Source: Halomonas cerina
Lineage (GTDB): Bacteria > Pseudomonadota > Gammaproteobacteria > Pseudomonadales > Halomonadaceae
Direction of reading: 5' to 3'
Length of the DNA stretch: 32,000 nucleotides
Assembly (NCBI RefSeq): GCF_014192215.1
Contig: NZ_JACHXP010000003.1
Location: 119,744 to 151,743 of the forward strand
Position numbers and translations under genes: made by a program. Of this stretch, positions 9,660 through 15,738 are shown one piece after another. The notes beneath the pieces are model-generated. The model worked only from the letters and a program-made list of their open reading frames with translations, had not been told where the DNA came from and did not search any database. Numbering within the stretch: the stretch's first letter is position 1; each line of letters opens with the position of its first letter.

Positions 9660-11048
9660 ATGGAAAGAGAGCAACGTTGCTGGCTGGTGGCCGAGGATGC
9701 GCTGGATATCAACCATCTGGAAGCGAAAGTGAGTGCCCTGGGCTGGGACGTGCAGCGCCTGCTGGCACCGCTGTCGGACTGTTGTCTGGAGACTGAGAGT
9801 GACGGTGGTGTCGGCCTGGTCCAACTCGAGGGCATGTCGGATGCTCAACTGGGTCAGCTGGAGCCGTTGATCCTGCGGAGTCACTGCCCGTGGCTGGCCA
9901 TTGCCGCGAGCGACACCCTGAGGGATGCCGACAGGCATCGCCTGGTAGCCACGCTGTGCGTCGGGTTCATGGAGCCCGATGTCGAGGTCGCCGAGCTCGA
10001 CTGCCTGATGCGGCGGGCACTCGCCCTGTCACGGCTCCAGCAGGATGGCCTGCGTGACGATGTCGCGACCGACAGGCGCTCCGACAGCGATGAGAGCGAG
10101 ATGGTCGGCACCACGCCAGCTATGTGGGAGCTCTTCCAGACCATCCGCAAGGTGGCGGCGGTGGAGGCACCGGTCCTCATTAGTGGCGAGTCCGGTACGG
10201 GGAAGGAGCTGACGGCACAGGCCATCCATGAGCGCTCGCCCCGTGCATCGGCCGGCTTTCATGCCATCAACTGTGGTGCACTGCCGGACCATCTGATCCA
10301 GTCGGAACTCTTTGGGCATGAGAAGGGGGCCTTCACCGGTGCGGTACACAAGAAGATCGGCCGTATCGAGGCCACGGATGGCGGTACCCTGTTTCTCGAC
10401 GAGATCGGCGACCTTCCCCTGGAGTTGCAGGTCAACCTGTTGCGCTTTCTCGAGACGCGATGTATCCAGCGCGTCGGCGGGTTGGAAGACATTCCCGTGG
10501 ATGTGCGCATCATTGCCGCCACCCACGTCGATCTAGAGAAGGCCGTCGAGGAGAGACGTTTTCGCGAGGATCTCTATCATCGTCTCAACGTGCTGCAGAT
10601 CAAGGTGCCGCCCCTGCGGGAGCGCCAGGAGGACATCGAGATCCTGGCCCGCTATTTCTTCGAGCGCTTCGCCAACGAGAAGTCCAGCCGCTTGAAGGGC
10701 TTCTCGCGTGAAGCCCTGCTGGTCATGCGCCAGTATCCCTGGCCCGGCAACGTCCGTGAGCTGATCAACCGCATTCGCCGCGCGATGGTCATGTGCGAAA
10801 ATCGGCTCATCCAGCCCGTGGATCTGGGCATCGACCGCCGCAAGGCCCCCCGCCATCTCATGACGCTCGATGAGGCGCGCGATCATGCCGAGCGTGAGGT
10901 GCTGGTCGCCGCTCTGGGACGCAACAAGCACAAGGTTCATCAGGCAGCCCGGGAACTGGGGGTGTCGCGCGTCACCATCTATCGCCTGATGGAGAAGCAC
11001 GGGTTGGCCCGCTCGCCGACGGCCGCACCGGCGACAGATTCAGATTAG
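9660..11048 (+). CDS. Sigma-54-dependent transcriptional activator (bEBP) with a receiver-like but degenerate N-terminal domain
   Basis: Present are Walker A GESGTGKE, the sigma-54 contact loop ELFGHEKGAFTGA, Walker B GGTLFLDEIGD and a C-terminal Fis-type HTH AARELGVSRVTIYRLMEKHGL. A GAGGTG SD is present. Confidence 0.9.
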   Translation: MEREQRCWLVAEDALDINHLEAKVSALGWDVQRLLAPLSDCCLETESDGGVGLVQLEGMSDAQLGQLEPLILRSHCPWLAIAASDTLRDADRHRLVATLCVGFMEPDVEVAELDCLMRRALALSRLQQDGLRDDVATDRRSDSDESEMVGTTPAMWELFQTIRKVAAVEAPVLISGESGTGKELTAQAIHERSPRASAGFHAINCGALPDHLIQSELFGHEKGAFTGAVHKKIGRIEATDGGTLFLDEIGDLPLELQVNLLRFLETRCIQRVGGLEDIPVDVRIIAATHVDLEKAVEERRFREDLYHRLNVLQIKVPPLRERQEDIEILARYFFERFANEKSSRLKGFSREALLVMRQYPWPGNVRELINRIRRAMVMCENRLIQPVDLGIDRRKAPRHLMTLDEARDHAEREVLVAALGRNKHKVHQAARELGVSRVTIYRLMEKHGLARSPTAAPATDSD

Positions 11049-11104
11049 CCACTGGCATGCCTGAACTCCTTCCTTCCTCAGCGCTGCCGATCCGTGTCTT
11101 CCTC

Positions 11105-11134
11105 AGGCCTGTCTGCTCCCTGACAGGCCTTTTT
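11105..11134 (+). terminator. Rho-independent terminator after the bEBP gene
   Basis: Stem AGGCCTGTC (11105-11113), an 8-nt loop and stem GACAGGCCT (11122-11130), followed by TTTT. Confidence 0.75.
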
Positions 11135-11267
11135 CGTGCTCGGGCCGAGGCCCTTCTGCCGCGCGCCTGACTCACGCCTGTGACACTTGGTCGATCATTT
11201 TCTAACTGTTTGATTTTTTTATATTTTACGGCGTATAACGCGTGCTGCACCCGTGGCAGGCGTGTTC

Positions 11268-11287
11268 ATGTAACAAAAGAGTTACAT
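11268..11287. promoter_or_regulatory. Candidate upstream activating sequence, perfect palindrome ATGTAAC-N6-GTTACAT
   Basis: This 7-6-7 perfect inverted repeat is centred about 62 bp upstream of the -24 GG, the position expected for a bEBP enhancer. Confidence 0.5.
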
Positions 11288-11292
11288 TCTAT

Positions 11293-11305
11293 TATCAGCA
11301 ATTTG
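11293..11305 (+). promoter_or_regulatory. IHF-like site between UAS and sigma-54 promoter
   Basis: TATCAGcaatTTG has one mismatch to WATCAA-N4-TTR. It is embedded in a very AT-rich stretch of an otherwise GC-rich genome. Confidence 0.35.
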
Positions 11306-11338
11306 ATTTTTCTTTAATAAAAACAATAACCTACAAGT

Positions 11339-11354
11339 TGGCACGCCTATTGCT
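11339..11354 (+). promoter_or_regulatory. Sigma-54 (-24/-12) promoter
   Basis: TGGCACG-CCTA-TTGCT is a perfect match to TGGCAC-N5-TTGCW. It lies 47 nt upstream of the first SD-preceded ATG (11401) and directly downstream of a bEBP gene. Confidence 0.85.
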
Positions 11355-11400
11355 CCTTAAATTGTAAAAAAGAGTGACTGAACGTTTTGGAGCTGCCGAC

Positions 11401-11781
11401 ATGCCCTTCCCCTCCTGCCCCATATGCCTTCATGCCAGCCCTCATCGGGCATGCCGCCTGTTCGGGCTGCTGCTGGGCCTCGCCATGGGGGTCGGGGGAG
11501 CGAGCGCCCAGGCACATGGCGTGGTCGGTGATACCGCAACCGGCGAGGGGGCGGCCGACGCGAGCGGGCTGGTGCGCCTGGATGATGAGAGGCTTGCAGC
11601 GATTCGCGGGCGCTACCTCGACGCTCGGAGCTTCACCGATCAGGACGGTGACTTCGTGATCCTCTGGGACGAGCGTCCCCCGGGAAACGCCGGCGGCAAA
11701 GGGCAGGGCAATGGCAAGTCGCTCTCCTCCGGGCTCGGCAATCAACAGCACACCCGCGTAACCAGCCATAGGGAGCAGTGA
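11401..11781 (+). CDS. Small secreted protein of unknown family (first gene of the sigma-54 operon)
   Basis: A GGAG SD lies 8 nt before ATG 11401. The signal-peptide-like N-terminus is RACRLFGLLLGLAMGVGGASAQA. Motifs LDDERLAAIRG and GDFVILWD are shared with the next ORF. The track start at 11374 would leave almost no 5' UTR after the predicted TSS. Confidence 0.55.
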   Translation: MPFPSCPICLHASPHRACRLFGLLLGLAMGVGGASAQAHGVVGDTATGEGAADASGLVRLDDERLAAIRGRYLDARSFTDQDGDFVILWDERPPGNAGGKGQGNGKSLSSGLGNQQHTRVTSHREQ

Positions 11782-11783
11782 AC

Positions 11784-12290
11784 ATGAGCGACCGCCATCT
11801 ACATTTCTCGCGTACCGCCCGCCGCTGGCTGCTGGTGGTGGCCCTGGCCACACCGGCCGCGGGCCTGCAGGCCGACGATGGCACCTCGGGGGCGCGGCTG
11901 AATCCCGGTGTCCTGCCCGGTGACATCGTCATCCTTCGCGATGTCGATTCGGCCGTATACGGCCAGGTCGAGCGCCATGCCGGGGAGATCACGTCGCGGG
12001 TCAATGCCCGCCATGGCGCCCTGGAGGCCCAGCAGCGGCTGATCGGCATCCAGGCTATCTCCCTCAGCGACGAACGGGCCGCCAGCATCCACGGCGGTGT
12101 GCAGGGATCGATACACCATCTACATCGGGCGCTGGGGACCCATCCGGGCATGGGCGCCCGCGCCACCGGCAGCGCCAGTCGGGCGCCATCCGTGCTCGGG
12201 GGAAGCGCTGGCGGCAGCGTTCGCTCGCTCACCTCGGGCATCGCCGACACCCTCGATGGGGCGCTGGCACCGCTGACAGGAGGGCGCTGA
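11784..12290 (+). CDS. Small secreted protein of unknown family (second gene)
   Basis: A GGGAG SD lies 8 nt before ATG 11784, and the start is 2 nt after the upstream stop. The signal peptide is RRWLLVVALATPAAGLQA. Motifs GDIVILRD and LSDERAASIHG are present, with a Gly/Ser/Ala-rich C-terminal tail. Confidence 0.6.
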   Translation: MSDRHLHFSRTARRWLLVVALATPAAGLQADDGTSGARLNPGVLPGDIVILRDVDSAVYGQVERHAGEITSRVNARHGALEAQQRLIGIQAISLSDERAASIHGGVQGSIHHLHRALGTHPGMGARATGSASRAPSVLGGSAGGSVRSLTSGIADTLDGALAPLTGGR

Positions 12291-12292
12291 GC

Positions 12293-12703
12293 ATGGATGA
12301 CGGGACGAGCACCATCCACACGTTGCTCCAGCTGGCAAGCCACCTAGAGGACCTCACGCCTCATCAGGTCAGCACCAAGATTCAGGACCACGCCTTTCGG
12401 CAGTCACAGGGCTGGCTGTCGGTCAATCAGACGGCGGGTCTCGGTAATGTACGGAGCCACCCCGAAGGGGGTGTTCTGAGCATCTCGGCCAGCCACCTCA
12501 ACGACACCATCCTGCAGCAGGTGCTGGCCGACAGGCAGGGGCTGAATGGTGACCGCGATGACCGAACGGATCTCTCGCGCAGGATCGAGGTCGACGAGTC
12601 GATCTTCGAGGGAGCCCGCGGCGTCATCCAGGTCAACCAGTCAGCCGGCACGGGGAACGCTACCCGCCACAGCTTTAGCATGTCCATACAGCTCGCGCGG
12701 TAG
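12293..12703 (+). CDS. Leaderless 136-aa protein with two degenerate copies of the amyloid-repeat core
   Basis: An AGGAGG SD is present and the ATG is 2 nt after the upstream stop. GWLSVNQTAGLGNVRSH (aa 40-56) and GVIQVNQSAGTGNATRH (aa 110-126) share G-x3-VN-x2-AG-x-GN with the repeats of the next gene. No N-terminal signal peptide is visible. Confidence 0.6.
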   Translation: MDDGTSTIHTLLQLASHLEDLTPHQVSTKIQDHAFRQSQGWLSVNQTAGLGNVRSHPEGGVLSISASHLNDTILQQVLADRQGLNGDRDDRTDLSRRIEVDESIFEGARGVIQVNQSAGTGNATRHSFSMSIQLAR

Positions 12704-12755
12704 GTAGCGACATCGCAATGCAACGAAACGCGTTGGTTCATTCAGGAGAAAGCTC

Positions 12756-13913
12756 ATGACCACCTTCAAGAAAGCACCGCTGGCCTTGGCCGTTACCGCA
12801 CTGATGGCCACCCCCTACGCCCTGGCCGATGGCGTCAACAACAGCTTCATCGGCAGCTACAACAAGTTCGACACCGACAGCACCATCGACTCCGATTTCG
12901 ACAATCGGATCGATGTGGAACTGCGCCACGACTCGGACACCTACAAGGACTTCTACGTCAATGTCTGGACCTTTGACCCGGCGCGCCACTACTCCGGGGC
13001 CACCGTGGACAGCAAGCAGCTGATCAACTACGCCGACGTGACCAACCGCATGGCCGAGAACAACGCCACCCTGAATGGCAATGCACTGGAAGGTGCCTCG
13101 GGCAACGTGGGCGTCAACGTGGCGGCCGGTGACAGCAACAGTCAGGCCAATGACGCTGCCCTGTCGGCCTCGGATGCCGAACGGGTATTCGGCCAGGCCG
13201 CGGCCTTCTCGGCCCAGTCCTCCTCCAACACCTATGTGGCAAGCACCGGTAGCCCCAACAACGCCACTCTCGCCGATTATGCCCTGCAGGGCGCCACCGG
13301 CAATATCGGCGTCAACGTGGCCGCCGGGGTCGGCAACGCCCAGCAGAACTCGCTGGCCGCCTCCTCCAATACCCGGTCCGGCTCTGCCGATGCCACCACC
13401 GGTGGCGTGCAGACCGCCTACTACAACTACAGCCGCAGCCAGGGCCACACCGAGACCTTCACCAACCGGGTCGGCGTCAGGGTGTCCGGGGTGATGGTGG
13501 GCGGCTACCTCGGCGGCGGCAGCGGCGGCTACGCGGGCACCTGGGAGCAGACCAACCAGGTCTACCCGGAGATCTGGCTGGGCGGCTCCGAGGCAAGCGG
13601 CCACCCGGGGGGCTCCACCTACGTGGGTCACCTGGACTTCGATGGCAACAGTGCCAACACCGACCAGTTCGCCGGCACGGAGCGAGGCCGCCTCGGCTTC
13701 CGCGAGGCGGGCCTGATGGCCATGGGCGGCACCCTGTCCGGCGGCGTGACCACCACCAACACCGTCTATATCGCCGCCGAGAACAACGCCACCCTGAGCG
13801 ACTACGCCCTGTTGGGCGCCAGTGGCAATATCGGCGTGAACGTGGCCGCGGGCAACAACAACCTGCAGCGCAACTCCCTGGCCATCGCCTCGGCCACGGG
13901 TGGAACGCAGTAA
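12756..13913 (+). CDS. Secreted FapC-like repeat protein (putative functional-amyloid or adhesin major subunit)
   Basis: An AGGAGA SD and the Sec signal peptide MTTFKKAPLALAVTALMATPYALA are present. There are three 37-aa repeats of the form NNATL-x3-AL-x-GA-x-GN[VI]GVNVAAG-x2-N-x-Q-x-N. The protein is Cys-free and rich in N/Q/G/A/S/T. Confidence 0.8.
   Translation: MTTFKKAPLALAVTALMATPYALADGVNNSFIGSYNKFDTDSTIDSDFDNRIDVELRHDSDTYKDFYVNVWTFDPARHYSGATVDSKQLINYADVTNRMAENNATLNGNALEGASGNVGVNVAAGDSNSQANDAALSASDAERVFGQAAAFSAQSSSNTYVASTGSPNNATLADYALQGATGNIGVNVAAGVGNAQQNSLAASSNTRSGSADATTGGVQTAYYNYSRSQGHTETFTNRVGVRVSGVMVGGYLGGGSGGYAGTWEQTNQVYPEIWLGGSEASGHPGGSTYVGHLDFDGNSANTDQFAGTERGRLGFREAGLMAMGGTLSGGVTTTNTVYIAAENNATLSDYALLGASGNIGVNVAAGNNNLQRNSLAIASATGGTQ
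13059..13169 (+). repeat. Amyloid-type imperfect repeat R1 (aa 102-138)
   Basis: The R1 sequence is NNATLNGNALEGASGNVGVNVAAGDSNSQANDAALSA. Confidence 0.85.
13257..13367 (+). repeat. Amyloid-type imperfect repeat R2 (aa 168-204)
   Basis: The R2 sequence is NNATLADYALQGATGNIGVNVAAGVGNAQQNSLAASS. Confidence 0.85.
13782..13892 (+). repeat. Amyloid-type imperfect repeat R3 (aa 343-379)
   Basis: The R3 sequence is NNATLSDYALLGASGNIGVNVAAGNNNLQRNSLAIAS. It is also similar to R2 at the DNA level. Confidence 0.85.
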
Positions 13914-13954
13914 ACCCTCGGCCGGGGCCTTCCCGGCCGACGGTGCCACATGCC

Positions 13955-13990
13955 ACCCGGCCTGCCGAGCAGGCCGGGTGTTTGTTGTGG
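13955..13990 (+). terminator. Hairpin terminator/attenuator after the repeat-protein gene
   Basis: A 10-bp stem ACCCGGCCTG / CAGGCCGGGT with a 5-nt loop is followed by GTTTGTTGT. A second GC hairpin (TCGGCCGG...CCGGCCGA) lies at about 13919-13939. Confidence 0.6.
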
Positions 13991-14157
13991 TGCGCCAGGC
14001 ATGGCGTGAGGCCTGTGACTGTAAGGACTGGTCAGGCACGCTGCGCTGACGACGACCAACGGAGGGGTGGTCTACACTTGGCTAGCTTAATACGCTAGTC
14101 ATCGGTAACCAGCAATATACACAGCCGAGGTCCGGCAGACAGTAGAGGCACAAGGAG

Positions 14158-15243
14158 ATGAGTGTGGAAAAAACAGATGTTTTCATGACGAAGCGGGTGC
14201 CACCCCTCTCCCTCTTCCTCATGGCGGCCTCCTTCGGAGGGGCCACGGCAGTGCAGGCGCAGATGACCGGTGACGACGGCGAGGTGGTGCGTCAGGCCCG
14301 ACCCAGCCAGAGCGTGGAGAATGTGCTGAGGGAGGAACACGCGCTCTTCTCGGACCGGCTGACCATCGAACCGGGCATCAACTACTCCTACTCCGATCGC
14401 TCCCAGCTGGCGCTGCGCGGTTTCCTGGCCTTGGATGCCATCTTCCTGGGCAATATCGATGTCGATACGGTCGAAAGCCACATCACTACCTTCGATATCA
14501 ATACCCGCTACGGCCTGACCGACCGGCTCGAGGTGGGCCTCAATCTCCCCTTCGTCTATCGCAGCAGCACCTACCAGTCGATCGGGGCCGATAATGATAC
14601 TGAGCAGAATGAAGAAACCTCGGTGGATGAGTCGGATGTAGGGGATATCAGCCTGACCTTCGCCTACCGGATGCTGCCGGAGACCGAGACCCGCCCCGAC
14701 CTGGTATGGAACTTCGCCGTCCGGGCGCCCACCGGTACAGACCCCTACGGCATTGCGACCAGAGAAGCGGGGGACAATCTATTTGTACCCACCGAACTAC
14801 CCACGGGCAATGGCGTCTGGGGGGTGAGCACGGGGATCTCGGCGCTCAAGACTCTGGACCCGGCGATCGTCTTCGCCAACCTGGGCTTCACCTACAACTT
14901 CGAGGAGAGCTTCGACGATATCTCGGCAACGGACGGCGACCAGCCGGGCGACGTCAAGCTGGGGGACAGCATCCGCGCCGGCTTCGGCACGGCCTTTGCT
15001 CTCAATGAACGCTTCAGCCTGTCGCTCTCCTATGCCCATGAGTACATCAAGAAGTCGGAAACGACGACCGAGGAAGGGGGGACCCGTGAGGTGATCGGCA
15101 GCGATGCCAATGTCGGGGTAATGAGCCTGGGCGGGACCTATGCCATGAGCGACAGTACCTCCCTCGTCACCAGCCTGGGGGTAGGGCTCACCGATGATGC
15201 CTCGGATGTCAGCCTGACCTTCCGCATGCCCTTCCAGATGTAA
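14158..15243 (+). CDS. Outer-membrane beta-barrel protein (transporter-like; occupies the position FapF has in fap operons)
   Basis: The signal peptide is KRVPPLSLFLMAASFGGATAVQAQ. Alternating amphipathic strands run throughout, with the motifs DVGDISLTFAYRML and VRAPTGTDPY, and the aromatic-rich C-terminus LTFRMPFQM. GTG 14164 (AGGAG SD 6 nt upstream) or ATG 14185 are alternative starts. Confidence 0.72.
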   Translation: MSVEKTDVFMTKRVPPLSLFLMAASFGGATAVQAQMTGDDGEVVRQARPSQSVENVLREEHALFSDRLTIEPGINYSYSDRSQLALRGFLALDAIFLGNIDVDTVESHITTFDINTRYGLTDRLEVGLNLPFVYRSSTYQSIGADNDTEQNEETSVDESDVGDISLTFAYRMLPETETRPDLVWNFAVRAPTGTDPYGIATREAGDNLFVPTELPTGNGVWGVSTGISALKTLDPAIVFANLGFTYNFEESFDDISATDGDQPGDVKLGDSIRAGFGTAFALNERFSLSLSYAHEYIKKSETTTEEGGTREVIGSDANVGVMSLGGTYAMSDSTSLVTSLGVGLTDDASDVSLTFRMPFQM

Positions 15244-15399
15244 GCCTTCCGGTACCCATGCGCGGCGGCGGGTCCTTCGGCCCGCCCTGCCAGCTACTTC
15301 TGATGTCCGCTTGCCTCGGGCCAGGCGTTGGCACCTCGCCGGCGCCCGGCACATGATGGCATAATGCCCGCCATTGAAACGTCATGGCGGAAGGCCCGG

Positions 15400-15738
15400 A
15401 TGCTGAAGTGGCTGTCCATCCTGCTTATCACCCTGCTTGTCCTGCTGCAGTATCGCCTGTGGCTGGGGGAAGGCGGGTTCAATGAGCTGACCGAGCTGCG
15501 CCAGCGGGTGGCGGCCATGGAGGCCGAGAACCGCCCCATGCGCGAGCGCAATGCGCGTCTCGCCGCCGAGGTGGTCGACCTCAAGACGGGGCTGGCGGCC
15601 ATCGAGGAGCGCGCCCGCAGCGACATCGGCATGGTGCGCCGCGACGAGCAGTTCTTCTGGGTGCCCGGCGTGGCGGCGCCGGCCGATAAGCCGGGCCACG
15701 GCGAACCGGCGGCCCAGCCGGGTAAGGGGGCGCCATGA
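15400..15738 (+). CDS. ftsB: Cell division protein FtsB
   Basis: MLKWLSILLITLLVLLQYRLWLGEGG forms a TM segment followed by a coiled coil, which is the typical FtsB layout. The gene lies immediately upstream of ispD, as in many gammaproteobacteria. Confidence 0.85.
   Translation: MLKWLSILLITLLVLLQYRLWLGEGGFNELTELRQRVAAMEAENRPMRERNARLAAEVVDLKTGLAAIEERARSDIGMVRRDEQFFWVPGVAAPADKPGHGEPAAQPGKGAP

Noticed and set aside
12063-12098. Calling LSDERAASIHGG a bona fide double-glycine leader, which would imply a bacteriocin/RiPP-type export system
   Set aside because: The string lies about 70 residues after a Sec-type signal peptide, in the middle of the protein. No C39 peptidase or ABC exporter gene is present in the window. 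It is kept only as a motif resemblance.
11347-12343. Minus-strand ORFs (168 aa and 236 aa) overlapping the three small genes of the sigma-54 operon
   Set aside because: Both are Arg/Pro/Ala-rich and have no SD, and they would run against the sigma-54 promoter. The plus-strand ORFs have SD sequences, 2-nt intergenic coupling, signal peptides and shared motifs.
12738-14039. 433-aa minus-strand ORF antisense to the FapC-like gene
   Set aside because: It is a Gly/Val/Ala-rich mirror image of the repeat gene, with no SD or signal features. The plus-strand ORF has an SD, a signal peptide and a coherent repeat structure.
14079-14095. Second sigma-54-like element (TGGCTA-N5-ATAC) upstream of the OMP gene
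   Set aside because: The -24 GG is present, but the -12 element has ATAC instead of TTGC. That is too weak to call.
9424-15300. Genomic island or mobile-element origin of the Fap-like locus
   Set aside because: No integrase, transposase, tRNA gene or flanking direct repeats are visible. The coding GC and codon style look like the neighbours, and only the intergenic regions are AT-rich. Horizontal acquisition cannot be supported from this window.
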